From NCBI GenBank assembly GCA_964618105.1, contig CAZUAJ010000004.1:1-54763 (forward strand): a DNA stretch of 54,763 nt. The letters run 5' to 3'. Every line of letters begins with the position of its first letter. Positions within the stretch are counted from its first letter, which is position 1. This stretch comes from an uncultured Clostridium sp. (GTDB taxonomy: Bacteria > Bacillota > Clostridia > TANB77 > CAG-508). The position numbers and the translations under genes were made by a program. This document shows positions 41,343 through 52,054 of this stretch, one piece after another. The notes below the pieces were generated by a model. The model was not told the origin of the DNA. It did not search any database and was given only the letters and a program-made list of their open reading frames with translations.

Positions 41343-42163
41343 TTACGTTCTTTTTGACATTTTCTTTAATACAATTTTTTCTGAAAGTACTATTATTTCA
41401 TACATAATTGCAGCAACAATTGCCAAAATAATTACTCCTGTCATTACTAAGTCTAATTGGAATACCTGCCCACCATATACTATTAGGTAGCCGTAAGCCT
41501 GCTTTTGACACTAAAAATTCTCCTGTTATTACGCCTACCAAAGATAATCCGATGTTTACCTTTAGGGAGTTAAAAAATGTATCTAAGTTTGCCGGTATTA
41601 CTATTTTTGTTAATATTTGAAATTTACTTGCATTAAATGTTTGTGCCATTTTTATTAATTCTTTGTCTGTGTTTAAAAATCCATTTAAAATTTCTAATAT
41701 TGTTACAATTAATGAAATTGCAAGCCCCATTGTTATAATAGCTCCCATTCCAGCTCCAACCCATATAATTATAACTGGGCCGTAAAGCTACTTTTGGCAA
41801 ACTGTTTAATACAACTAAATATGGTTCTGATACCTTCGAAAAAAATGGGGACCACCACAGCAATATTGCTATAAATACACCTAATATAACACCTGATATA
41901 AAGCCTATTAGGGTTTCGGTAAGTGTTACACCTAAGTGCGTTAGCAGTCCATTAGATGATAAATTTAAAAAGGTATTTAATATTCTTGAAGGTTGACTTG
42001 TTATAAAACTATCTATTATTCCTTTATTTGCAAGTATTTCCCATCCTATTACAAATATAATTAGAATAAGTAATTGTGTTAGAATAACAGATATTTTGTT
42101 TTTTCTTATTTTTCTTAAGTATATTTTTCTGTCTTCTGACATGTTTTTTTCATACATGTACAT
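41343..42163 (-). CDS. NitT/TauT ABC permease, requiring two +1 shifts at CGG (extra C at 41782 and 41493)
   Basis: Removing the two Cs gives one 272-aa frame with LPKVALGPVIIIW and SKAGLGYLIVYGGQVF; the ORF track splits it into two pieces. Confidence 0.85.
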
Positions 42164-42893
42164 CAAGCTCCTTCCATATAGTATCAAAGTACTTACTAAA
42201 TTTAGGGCTTTCACGGCAGTTGATTGGATTTCGGTTTTGCATTTCAAAGTCAATTGTATGAATTGTTTTTACAGTTGCAGGTCTTTTTGTAAGCACCACT
42301 ATTCTGTCACTCATGCTAATTGCCTCTGATATATCATGTGTCACTATAATAGCTGTTATATTTTCATTTTTTAATATTTTAAAAATGTCATTTGTAACCA
42401 TAATTCTAGTTTGGTAATCTAAAGCTGAAAATGCTTCGTCTAATAACAATATTTTTGGCTTTATTGCCAGTGTTCTTATAAGTGCTGCTCTTTGCCTCAT
42501 TCCACCTGATAACTGAGCTGGGTATTTATCTTTAAATTCATATAATCCATATTTTTTTAATAATTCTATTACATGTTCTTCATTTTCTTTAGTCTTTTTT
42601 CTCATTATTTCTAATCCAAATGTAATATTGTCATATATATTTCTCCACTCTAAAAGGCTATCTTTTTGTAGCATGTAGCCGAGTCCACCATTTATTTGTA
42701 TTTCTCCTGATGTTTTTGGTTCTAGACCTGCTATTATAGAAAGTAGTGTTGATTTTCCGCATCCACTTGGTCCTATTATGCTTACAAATTCGCCTTCATT
42801 TACACTAACTGTTATATTAGATAAAGCTTCTACTTCACCATTTTTTGCTTGGTACTTTTTACTTACGTTCTTTAGTTTTAATACTTCCTTCAT
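42150..42893 (-). CDS. NitT/TauT ABC transporter ATP-binding protein
   Basis: GPSGCGKS, LSGGMRQR, LLDEAFSALD. Confidence 0.93.
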   Translation of the reverse strand: MKEVLKLKNVSKKYQAKNGEVEALSNITVSVNEGEFVSIIGPSGCGKSTLLSIIAGLEPKTSGEIQINGGLGYMLQKDSLLEWRNIYDNITFGLEIMRKKTKENEEHVIELLKKYGLYEFKDKYPAQLSGGMRQRAALIRTLAIKPKILLLDEAFSALDYQTRIMVTNDIFKILKNENITAIIVTHDISEAISMSDRIVVLTKRPATVKTIHTIDFEMQNRNPINCRESPKFSKYFDTIWKELDVHV

Positions 42894-42965
42894 AAGTACC
42901 TCCTAATTTCAAATTTATCATAATACATATTATGAAGGTAGACATAATTATGTGAGTATCATTTT

Positions 42966-43033
42966 TGTCAGTTTTAGGGACGTTCTTTCGACTGACATTT
43001 TTGTCAGTTAAAGGTACGTCCCTAAAACTGACA
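42966..43033. repeat. Long palindromic element / terminator (REP-like)
   Basis: Perfect 18-bp inverted repeat TGTCAGTTTTAGGGACGT (42966-42983 / 43016-43033) enclosing ACTGACA-TTTT-TGTCAGT. Confidence 0.75.
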
Positions 43034-44252
43034 TTAAATTCTGAATATCTGACCGTGGATATATTAAATTGGCATTTTGTATACGATTTAGTCTTACAAT
43101 ATTTGCTATGCTTGTGTTATATCTTCTAGCTATTGACCAAAGTGTATCCCCTCTTTTTACCGTGTATAGTGTGTGACCTAAATCATGTTTATTGTTATCA
43201 TTTATGATTAATCTTTGACCTGTGTAAATTAAGTTTACATTTTGTATGTTATTTTCTTTTGCTATCCTACTAACTGTTGTATTAAACATTTGAGCTATTT
43301 CTGATAATGTGTCTCCTCTTTTTACAATGTAAATTGTTGTACCACTTGTATTTTCACCTTTTACTGGTACTATTAATATATTCCCTGCATATATAAGATT
43401 TGGATTTTTAATATTATTTAACCTTACAAGCTCTGCTACTGTTGTATTGTATTTAATTGCTAATTCTGATAATGTATCTCCCCATTTTATTTTTATCTTT
43501 TTTGTTGTAGTTTTATTATTTTCTTCATCATCTGGTTTTGGTTTTTCAACTTGTGGAATTTCACTACTTTCTGACATAAAAATTTCTTTTGTAAATCTAT
43601 CTCCATCTACATAGGTGGATATTCCATTTATTCGACCGATATCTGTGTATTGCCAACCTACCCAGCTTTGCCATGTTCCACTATTTTCAGGTTCATTTAC
43701 TTCATATTGTGCAATCCAAAGTGGATATTTTGTTACTTCTCCTTCCCAAATTCTGCTTGCTGTGTATGCATTACTGTATAGTACAACTTCCTTTTTTGTT
43801 AATTCTTCTAGTTTTTTCATAAATGCTAATCCTATTGTGTTTATTTCATTTTTGCTTAGATTCCCAAAACTTTCAAAATCCATTGCTAATCTACAATCTG
43901 CTGTTTTTCCCGATATTACTGATGCAAAAAATTGTGCTTCTCTTTCTGCTTGGCTTACTGTTCTTGCTGTTACATAATGATAAAATCCAATTTTTAGTCC
44001 ACTTTCTTTGGCTCTTTTATAGTTTTGTTCAAATTTAGCATCTATATAATTTGTGCCTTCACTTGACCTTATGTATACAACTTCTATTCCATCATTTTTT
44101 ACTTTTTCAAAGTCAATATCTATTTGAAATTCACTTACATCAATTCCTTGATATATATTTTCACTAGATGGTCCAAATGCCAGCGTTTTAACCGGAAATG
44201 TGTATAATACTGCTACTGTTAGCATTATTACAATAGACAATATTTTTTTCAT
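43034..44252 (-). CDS. GH25 muramidase with three LysM domains; last codons need a +1 shift at CGG (extra C at 43055)
   Basis: GIDVS, AMDFE, WQYT; three GDTL LysM repeats; corrected end NLIYPGQIFRI*. Confidence 0.85.
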
Positions 44253-45222
44253 AATTAACTTTCTCCTTTCTTGTCAGTTTTACTTTATTTGAAATAAATT
44301 TTTCGTTATTATCTATAGGCTTACTTAGGTCTGTGCTTAAATATTTTTTATTATCATCTGCAAATACAGTTACTACTGGTCCTTTTTTTTGTTGTTCTAA
44401 TAATACACTTCCTAAAAAGTTTGCTCCTGATGAAATTCCTACTCCTAAGCCTAATTCTAGTGCTAGTTTTCTAGACATATTTATACTATCTTCGTCATTT
44501 ACTAAAATCACTTTATCTAACTCATTTTTATCTAGTAGTGCTGGTATAAATTCATCCCCTATTCCTTCTATTTTGTGTTGTTTTATTATTTTGTTTTTTG
44601 AAATTAATGGCATGCTGTCTGGCTCGATTGCAGTTATTGTTATTTCTCTATATCTTCTTTTTAATCGTTTTGCTATTCCCATTAAGGTTCCTCCTGTACC
44701 CACTCCTGAAATAAAGCCTCCAATATCTTCTGGTACTTGATTTAAAATTTCCTGTCCTGTTGTTTCATATTGTGCTAAGATATTGTCTGTATTTGCAAAT
44801 TGATTTGCTAAAAATCCATTTGTTTTTTGAGCTAATTTTCTAGATTCCTGAATACACCTTTTAAATCCGCCTTGTTCTTTTGAGAATGTTATTACTTTTG
44901 CTCCATAGTTTTGCATAATTTGTGTTCTTTCTTTACTTGCCCAGTCTGGCATAAAAATATATACTGGATGATTATAATATTTTCCTAAAGCTGCGAGTGA
45001 TATTCCAGTGTTTCCGCTTGTTGCTTCTATTATTGGCATTTTCTCTTTTAGTTCTTCTCTTTCTTTTGCTTTTGTAATTATGTAGTATGCTGTTCTATCT
45101 TTTATGCTTCCAGTTAAATTGTAACTTTCTAGTTTGGCATATATATAGTTTATTTTTCCTTTGTACTCATATTTTATTTTTATCAATGGTGTGTTTCCTA
45201 TTGTTTTTAGCATTTTTACCAC
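44188..45222 (-). CDS. cysK: Cysteine synthase family PLP enzyme
   Basis: IGNTPL, GSIKDR, ATSGNTG, GVGTGGT, GISSGA. Confidence 0.85.
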   Translation of the reverse strand: MVKMLKTIGNTPLIKIKYEYKGKINYIYAKLESYNLTGSIKDRTAYYIITKAKEREELKEKMPIIEATSGNTGISLAALGKYYNHPVYIFMPDWASKERTQIMQNYGAKVITFSKEQGGFKRCIQESRKLAQKTNGFLANQFANTDNILAQYETTGQEILNQVPEDIGGFISGVGTGGTLMGIAKRLKRRYREITITAIEPDSMPLISKNKIIKQHKIEGIGDEFIPALLDKNELDKVILVNDEDSINMSRKLALELGLGVGISSGANFLGSVLLEQQKKGPVVTVFADDNKKYLSTDLSKPIDNNEKFISNKVKLTRKEKVNYEKNIVYCNNANSSSIIHISG

Positions 45223-45347
45223 TCCTTGTTCTTTGATATAAACAAATTATTTTATATATTTTATACATTTGTGGATTAAATGGTTAATGAATGTTTTTGA
45301 TTTTTATATGGTATAATGTTTCTACTGGTATTACAATTCTACCTAAT

Positions 45348-45845
45348 GTTATAGTTCCATTTTAGATTTTGATGTGATATAATCAATACATCTGGGAAAG
45401 TTTAGGGCAAAGTGTTATAGTTCCCTTTTAAGTTTTGATATGATATAATCCAAACTTTAAAATATCATATTTTATATTAGTTATAGTTCCCTTTTAAGTT
45501 TTGATATGATATAATCTTTGATTATTTACATCAAATGTTCCTAAAGTTATAGTTCCCTTTTAAGTTTTGATATGATATAATTAACTACTAAAACAATATT
45601 AGAATTATTTAGTTATAGTTCCCTTTTAAGTTTTGATATGATATAATACACTCTCTAACTTGAGCAAGTCAATCTTGGTTATAGTTCCCTTTTAAGTTTT
45701 GATATGATATAATAGTTTAGACAAACTAACCGTAGGTGTCCATGTTATAGTTCCCTTTTAAGTTTTGATATGATATAATTCTAAAAGTCAACGAGATGTA
45801 GTTGAATTTGTTATAGTTCCCTTTTAAGTTTTGATATGATATAAT
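45348..45845 (+). CRISPR. Type II-C CRISPR array: 8 repeats of 36 bp, 7 spacers of 30 bp
   Basis: GTTATAGTTCCCTTTTAAGTTTTGATATGATATAAT at 45414, 45480, 45546, 45612, 45678, 45744 and 45810; degenerate copy at 45348; further remnant at 45282-45317. Confidence 0.97.
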
Positions 45846-45941
45846 AGGTGTGGCTATAACTACTGGTACTACTTAATTACGAGTAATATTAGTGAAAGAA
45901 AAAAGATTTAACTTAATAAAAAAGTTAAATCTTTTTCTTTT

Positions 45942-46265
45942 TTAAAACAAGCTTAGTTGATTACAATCTACTCTTTTTTCCTTTGTAGTAGGTTTTCCAA
46001 CTAAAAATTTCATATCTTCATATTGTTTTTCAGTTATAGTTAAACAACGTATAGAACCTTTTTCAGGTAATATTGTATTTAATCTTTTAAGATGCTTATT
46101 TGTCATATCTGTTCCATTACATAATCTTGAATATACGGAATATTGAACCATATCATATCCATCATTTAATAAAAATCTTCTAAATTGTGAATAAATTTTT
46201 CTTTCTTTTTTCTTAGCTACTGGCAAATCAAAGAATACCAATATTCTCATAAATTTACTACTCAT
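45942..46265 (-). CDS. cas2: CRISPR-associated Cas2
   Basis: MRILVFFDLP, FRRFLLNDGYDMVQYSVYSR. Confidence 0.95.
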   Translation of the reverse strand: MSSKFMRILVFFDLPVAKKKERKIYSQFRRFLLNDGYDMVQYSVYSRLCNGTDMTNKHLKRLNTILPEKGSIRCLTITEKQYEDMKFLVGKPTTKEKRVDCNQLSLF

Positions 46266-47160
46266 AACTATGTATTTTTATTGGTAATATTTCTGGTAAT
46301 TCTAATTTTTTATAGTCACTTTGATTTATTGCCGTTGTATATGATGCTATCATAATATTTATTGCATTATTTACTAATTGTAGCTTTCCTTGTATAAATA
46401 CATCTACATTTAAAAGATTTACCAATTCTGCCCTTACATATTTATCAAATTCCGTATTTTCGTTTATGTTAGTTTTCACCCACAAGTCTACTATTGGTCT
46501 AAATGGTTCTATAAAGTCATCTACTAAGTTATAATTATTTAATTCACTTTTATGATGTATTCCTATTGCTGGCAAATACCCATAAGATACTATACTTCTA
46601 GCTATTGCACCTCTTATTATTGAATATCCATAATTTAAACATGTATTATTTATGTCTTCAAAGTTTCTATTAAAATTTTTACCAAATAATGATGAAAAAT
46701 ATCCTTTTGCAGCAATAGCTTCTTTATTTTTTGTATCACCTGAATTAACATTTTTAGCTAAATTTTCTAAGTGTTCTGACATTAAATTTTTATTACATAA
46801 GTTTAGTACTTTTGCTTGATTAGTAATTTTAGCAATTATAATTTTTTGCCAACATCTTTTGTTAAAACTTTCCGAACAATTTAATTGCTGATTTATGATT
46901 TTTAGTTGTCTACTATGACATGCAAATGGAATAAATATTCCATTTGGTAAGTGTTTATCATCGCAACTATACATTACAATTTTATTGTCAGCCATCATGC
47001 TTATTGCCTTTGACGATAGGCTTATTTGTGGAGTTTCTAAAACTATTGTTGATACATCTTCTAAAGGCATACTAAAATTTTCATCTTGAGTAATTTGTAG
47101 TTGTCTATTTTTTATAGACAATTTTGTCGGTTGTGTAATTATTACACTTCGCCAACTCAT
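46258..47160 (-). CDS. cas1: CRISPR-associated Cas1 (type II)
   Basis: MSWRSV start, LNYGYSIIR, GIHH, NLVDDFIEPFRP. Confidence 0.95.
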   Translation of the reverse strand: MSWRSVIITQPTKLSIKNRQLQITQDENFSMPLEDVSTIVLETPQISLSSKAISMMADNKIVMYSCDDKHLPNGIFIPFACHSRQLKIINQQLNCSESFNKRCWQKIIIAKITNQAKVLNLCNKNLMSEHLENLAKNVNSGDTKNKEAIAAKGYFSSLFGKNFNRNFEDINNTCLNYGYSIIRGAIARSIVSYGYLPAIGIHHKSELNNYNLVDDFIEPFRPIVDLWVKTNINENTEFDKYVRAELVNLLNVDVFIQGKLQLVNNAINIMIASYTTAINQSDYKKLELPEILPIKIHSYE

Positions 47161-47161
47161 T

Positions 47162-50100
47162 TTATTTTACTCCTTCTCTTTTTTCTTTTTTTACTTTATT
47201 AATATTACCTAAAATATCAACTTGATATTTTTCAAATTTTTCTAAATTTTTTACACCTATTTCTCTTATTTTTTCTTCTCCATTTACTGATAATAAATTA
47301 ATTGCTGCTGTACTTCTATCTGTAGAAGAATAATATGCATAAAATTCTTTTTCATTCTTCTTTTTTATTTTTACTAAGTCATTTGGATATAGACTAAACT
47401 TAAATTTATATTCATCTGTCATTTCTATCCAATCTTTTTCATCTTTTTTTGCTATTATTGCTTTATTTGGTAATTTATTTTTAGTAAAGTCTGATACATA
47501 TATAGGTACTAAATAGTTATTATTGTTTTTTTCAAATACATCTACTCTTACCATATTTGCATTTTCTGCAATTGAACCATTTTTTAAATATACTCCAGTT
47601 GTTCCTGTTGATGGCACTTTTATACTTCTTACCACAGGACTATTTCCATTTTTACTATATTTTCTATATTCATTTGCAAATGCTTTTTCTGCTTTAAAAT
47701 TTGCTTCTTCCATTTTTTTATAAATATCATCATATAGTTTTCTATCGCTCATATATAGCTCTTTATATTCTGGATTGTTTATAATTTCTTCTATTTCTTG
47801 TTTTGATATATTTTTTAGTGATTTTTTAACAATGGTAAATTTTTTACCTTGTTTAATAAATTTTGTTGAACGCATTGTATCTTTATGTGCTCTTCCAGTA
47901 ATTTTTCTTTCTGGCATTCTAGATGTAAAAATTGGTTTTATTTTTGTTACATCTATGTCATCATAATTTCTAAATTCTCCATTTATTAGTGAATACAATT
48001 GACCATTATTGTCTGCATCTTCCATTCTTGCTTCTACTTCTTCTCTAAATTTCGGCCATGGTTCTTTTATTGTAATATCTACATTGTATTTTGTTTCAAT
48101 TATTTCTCCTGTTTCTTTATCAATTATTTCATTATTTTTATATAATATTTTTCTTCTACTATAATCAGATACCTTTTTTATATTTTTATTTGTTGCAGAT
48201 GCTATTATAACTGCGTCTTGTGCATGATGTTTATCTGATGCTTCTCTATCTTTTTTCAAGCCCCAATAATGTCTTAATATTGCTGTTGCTTGTCCATTTA
48301 TGTTATATACTTTTCTTTTTGACTCGCTATCTGCAAATTTTAGATTATTACTAATGTAGTTATATATAAATTTTGAAATATATTTTGTATCATTTATATT
48401 TCTTTGTATCCATTCTTTTGATTTATCTTCACTAAAGTTTTTTACTAATAAATTTTCTTTTTTTCTTGTATTAAATTTATATGTTAAATTAACAAATTCT
48501 TCAAATTGGTGCCATTTTTCTTTGTCTTCTCCCAAATATTCAAAAGGTGTTCTTTCTTTTTTTCTTTGGTTTTCATCTGTTAATACTAATACTTTGTTTT
48601 GATAGCTATCATCAAAGCATCTTGAAAATGGAATTATGTGATCAACTTGCACAAAATTTTCTTCATATAATCTTTCTGCTGGAATTGTTTTACTAGAATA
48701 AGCACATTTACCATTTTGTTCTCTCCATAATTTCATTTTTACAATGTCAAATGTTTTTGGTTCAAATGAAAAATTTTCTTTTATGTATTCTTTTATTTTT
48801 TCATTATTACTTGCATTCTCTTTTTGCCTTTTTTCTATTTTACTTCTTTCATCATAAGATTTTGAAAGTTCTCTAGCTGTTTCTATATAAATTGCTGAAG
48901 GAGAGTCATATTTGTCAATTACTGCATTTATAACTTTTCTTGCTTGTGTAATTGCTCTTAATACAACTGGATTTAATATTTCATCTTCTAGCTCTGTTAA
49001 TGGTGGCAATTTATATTGCAATTCATTTTTACATCCTTTAAATTCATACCCAACTTTTTCACATGCTTTATCATATGTTAAGCCTTTTTCTAATTCTGGG
49101 ATAATTTTTTCCATAGCTTTATATGATAAATGACCAAATTTTGTAAAGTTTATATTTAATATTTCATTTATAATTTCTTCGTCTATGTTACTTTTTTGTA
49201 AATATTCTTTTATTGTTTCATCAGTTTTATTTCTAACTAAAGCATCTGCAATAATATTTTGTAAGTTTGGATTTTGTTTGATTAAGTTAAATTTTTCTTT
49301 TAAGGCTAGTCTTATTTTATGCCATCCTTCTAATTTAACAAATCTTTTATCTTCTATTGATTTTATTTCTTTATTTTTAGCTATTTGATAATTTAAATCT
49401 ACAAATCTTGCATTTTCTGGTAATTCTAATTTTTTTCTTAGTTGTGTATATTTTATTTCTGTTTGTTCATAAGCTAAATTTATTATTTCTTCTTTCTTTT
49501 CTTGAGGTATTTCTAATTTTTCACCATTTAAACTTATTTTTAAATTATTTACTTTTTGTAATAACATAAATTTTTCGAATGTATAACTGTTTTTTGGTGC
49601 TCTTGGCTCTCCTTTTTCAAATGTACATTTTCCAAGCATTTTTTCTAATAATTCTGGTGTAATATATGGCTTTTGAGATGTCATAATTTCTATATATTCG
49701 TTTTCAAATTCTTTAATTGCAAATTCATTTTTGTATTTTCTTTGCATTTCAAATAAAATATGTACTTCTTCTACTAGCATACTTCTTAATACTGTATTAT
49801 TGTATTCTTCTGCTTTATTTCTTTTGTTCTCAGCAAATTTTTCATCCTTATAGAACATTTCTCCTATTGTTCTATATCCTTTTTCTTGTAATATTTTTTT
49901 ATTTTCAATTGTTCCTTTGCTTAATTTTCCCACTTCTTTATCTTCTTCATCTGTTTTTCTATTAGATTTATATCCTCTTCTTTTAGCAATATTAGTTAAT
50001 ACTCTTGCAAATTCTTTTCTACTAAGTAATTCGTCTAACCCTTTTGCTCTAAGTTCATATACATCAGTAGTTTCTTCTGATATTGTGTATAAAGTTAATA

Positions 50101-50350
50101 GTTCTTCTTCTGAAATCAAATTATATTTTACAAATAGTTCTTTTATTTTTTTCATTCTATTTGCTCTTCTTCTAATTCTTCTTCTACTTCCCCTTGCTTC
50201 TCTTCTTACTAAGTTTAGTGATTTTCCGTCAGTTTCTTCTGCTTTTTTAAATACTCTAACTCCTAAGTCTTCTATTCTACTTTTATCTTCATTTATTACT
50301 GCCCAACCTATTGATGCAATTCCAATATCTAATCCCATTGTGTATTTCAT
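47162..50350 (-). CDS. cas9: Type II-C Cas9 (1062 aa)
   Basis: RuvC-I GLDIGIASIGWA, Arg-rich bridge helix, HNH VDHIIPFSR, RuvC-III HHAQDA; no csn2 or cas4. Confidence 0.97.
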   Translation of the reverse strand: MKYTMGLDIGIASIGWAVINEDKSRIEDLGVRVFKKAEETDGKSLNLVRREARGSRRRIRRRANRMKKIKELFVKYNLISEEELLTLYTISEETTDVYELRAKGLDELLSRKEFARVLTNIAKRRGYKSNRKTDEEDKEVGKLSKGTIENKKILQEKGYRTIGEMFYKDEKFAENKRNKAEEYNNTVLRSMLVEEVHILFEMQRKYKNEFAIKEFENEYIEIMTSQKPYITPELLEKMLGKCTFEKGEPRAPKNSYTFEKFMLLQKVNNLKISLNGEKLEIPQEKKEEIINLAYEQTEIKYTQLRKKLELPENARFVDLNYQIAKNKEIKSIEDKRFVKLEGWHKIRLALKEKFNLIKQNPNLQNIIADALVRNKTDETIKEYLQKSNIDEEIINEILNINFTKFGHLSYKAMEKIIPELEKGLTYDKACEKVGYEFKGCKNELQYKLPPLTELEDEILNPVVLRAITQARKVINAVIDKYDSPSAIYIETARELSKSYDERSKIEKRQKENASNNEKIKEYIKENFSFEPKTFDIVKMKLWREQNGKCAYSSKTIPAERLYEENFVQVDHIIPFSRCFDDSYQNKVLVLTDENQRKKERTPFEYLGEDKEKWHQFEEFVNLTYKFNTRKKENLLVKNFSEDKSKEWIQRNINDTKYISKFIYNYISNNLKFADSESKRKVYNINGQATAILRHYWGLKKDREASDKHHAQDAVIIASATNKNIKKVSDYSRRKILYKNNEIIDKETGEIIETKYNVDITIKEPWPKFREEVEARMEDADNNGQLYSLINGEFRNYDDIDVTKIKPIFTSRMPERKITGRAHKDTMRSTKFIKQGKKFTIVKKSLKNISKQEIEEIINNPEYKELYMSDRKLYDDIYKKMEEANFKAEKAFANEYRKYSKNGNSPVVRSIKVPSTGTTGVYLKNGSIAENANMVRVDVFEKNNNNYLVPIYVSDFTKNKLPNKAIIAKKDEKDWIEMTDEYKFKFSLYPNDLVKIKKKNEKEFYAYYSSTDRSTAAINLLSVNGEEKIREIGVKNLEKFEKYQVDILGNINKVKKEKREGVK

Positions 50351-50423
50351 TTAAAACATCATCCCTTTCTTTTTTCATTCAAAAGAGCCACTAATATACT
50401 AATTAATTAAATTTTACATAATC

Positions 50424-50452
50424 ATTGTAACATATATATTTTAAAATGTCAA
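50424..50452 (-). promoter_or_regulatory. Sigma-A-type promoter of cas9
   Basis: TTGACA-N17-TACAAT with extended TG. Confidence 0.7.
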
Positions 50453-50477
50453 AATTTGTATTTTCTTATTTATGGAC

Positions 50478-50577
50478 AAGAAGATACCCTATATCTGAAA
50501 AGATATAGGGCTTACTTCGCACTGTAAGGTTTATTATAGTAACCTTTTAAGTTTTGATATGATATAATTTTTAGTGC
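50478..50577 (-). ncRNA. tracrRNA (ends approximate)
   Basis: Anti-repeat at 50534-50568, 3' hairpin CCCTATATCT/AGATATAGGG at 50487-50510, own promoter upstream. Confidence 0.85.
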
Positions 50578-50583
50578 AATATT

Positions 50584-50612
50584 ATTTTAGCATTAATTTT
50601 TATTTTTGTCAA
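50584..50612 (-). promoter_or_regulatory. Sigma-A-type promoter of tracrRNA
   Basis: TTGACA-N17-TAAAAT with extended TG. Confidence 0.75.
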
Positions 50613-50616
50613 ATTT

Positions 50617-50973
50617 TTATTTAATTTGTTTTATATGGTTTATATAGAATTTATCTTGTTTTTTATAAATTTCTATTACATCTATTCGTATAAATTTATT
50701 CTCAAGTTTATGTGAATATATGTAATATTTTGTTGCATTCCATAAGTGTTTTTGTTTTCGTTTATCTACTGCTTCAGATGGCATTCCATAATGAAAGTTT
50801 TGTCTTGTTTTTACTTCAATAAATACATATTCGTTTTTATCTTTTGCTATTATGTCTATTTCTCCCTGCCTACATTCAAAGTTTCTGTCTATAATTTTGT
50901 ATCCTTGTTTTTGCAAATAGTTTGCTGCAAAATCTTCTCCTTCTTTTCCTAATTCTTGTTTTTGGTTTAACAT
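50617..50973 (-). CDS. yraN: YraN family nuclease (UPF0102)
   Basis: GKEGE, GEIDII, FIEVKTR. Confidence 0.92.
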   Translation of the reverse strand: MLNQKQELGKEGEDFAANYLQKQGYKIIDRNFECRQGEIDIIAKDKNEYVFIEVKTRQNFHYGMPSEAVDKRKQKHLWNATKYYIYSHKLENKFIRIDVIEIYKKQDKFYINHIKQIK

Positions 50974-51076
50974 ATAAATTACCTTTCTTTTTATTGTTTT
51001 AAAATCATAATTTTTGCATTATATTTAATTTACTACAACTTAAGTATTTGTAGTATTTTTTAGTTTATGACTACAA

Positions 51077-51907
51077 TTAAATTCTTATGTATTTGTTTCC
51101 TGCTACACTTTTTATATATCCTTCTAATTCAAGCATACTAAGTGTTTGCATGGTTTCTGATATTTTTATATTTGTTTGTTTTGTTATTTCATTTGCCGAT
51201 ATTGGCAATTGCCCTATTAAATTGTATATTTCTTGATATTGTTTTGGTATTATTTGTTGTTTTTCTCCTGTGTAATATTGTAAAATATCTTCTGTTTGCA
51301 TTACTAAATTTGCTCCATTTTGTATTAATAGGTTTGTACTATAACCTGCTGTTTCGTCCAATCTATTTGGTATACAAAATACTTGCTTTCCTTGACTTTG
51401 TGCATATTTTGCTGTAATTGTGCTTCCGCTTCTATAAAAAGCCTCAATAACTAATACCCCCAGTGCTAGACCACTGATTATTCTATTTCTTTGTGGAAAG
51501 TTTGATTTGTCCATTTGTGTTTCTGGTAAATATTCTGAAACTATACAACCTTCATTTTCTAATATTTTTTTAACTAACATTGCATTTTCTTCTGGATATA
51601 TGTGCTTAAAGCCACTTCCTATTACTGCTATTGTTTTACCTATTTCTTGCATGGAGTTTATATGTGCTATTGTATCAATTCCAATGGCTAGTCCACTTAC
51701 AACACATATTCCTTTTTGTGATAGTTCTTTTGCAAATTTTGCCGCATATTTTTTTCCATAAGACGTACATTTCCTTGTTCCTACTATTGCAATTGAGTCT
51801 GCTTTTAGAAGTTCGTAATTTCCTTCTACATATAGTTGTGCTGGTGCGTTTTTTATTTTTTTTAATCTCTCTGGATAAAATTTATCCATTTTTGTTAATA
51901 TTTTCAT
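51077..51907 (-). CDS. dprA: DNA-processing protein DprA
   Basis: IAIVGTR, VSGLAIGID, FPQRNRIISGL, C-terminal winged helix. Confidence 0.92.
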   Translation of the reverse strand: MKILTKMDKFYPERLKKIKNAPAQLYVEGNYELLKADSIAIVGTRKCTSYGKKYAAKFAKELSQKGICVVSGLAIGIDTIAHINSMQEIGKTIAVIGSGFKHIYPEENAMLVKKILENEGCIVSEYLPETQMDKSNFPQRNRIISGLALGVLVIEAFYRSGSTITAKYAQSQGKQVFCIPNRLDETAGYSTNLLIQNGANLVMQTEDILQYYTGEKQQIIPKQYQEIYNLIGQLPISANEITKQTNIKISETMQTLSMLELEGYIKSVAGNKYIRI

Positions 51908-52054
51908 TGTTATTCACCTTTTTCAATTACTAAACAGCAATAATATAATACTTTTCTCAGTGAGGCTTTAAGGACATATTTATACTTGCACACAAAATGT
52001 ATTACATCTTCTTGCAAAGTAGGGATAGATGTGTTAAACATAAAATAAATATAA

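Noticed and set aside
42164-42253. N-terminal extension of the permease given by the ORF track
   Set aside because: It lies inside the ATPase gene; the AAGGAG RBS supports the ATG at 42163.
44188-44252. cysK overlaps the GH25 gene by 65 nt, possibly another recoding site
   Set aside because: No in-frame CGG near the expected end; a lost stop codon is a simpler explanation.
50534-50568. Orphan CRISPR repeat or second array
   Set aside because: Single imperfect copy with its own opposite-strand promoter and 3' hairpin; it is the tracrRNA anti-repeat.
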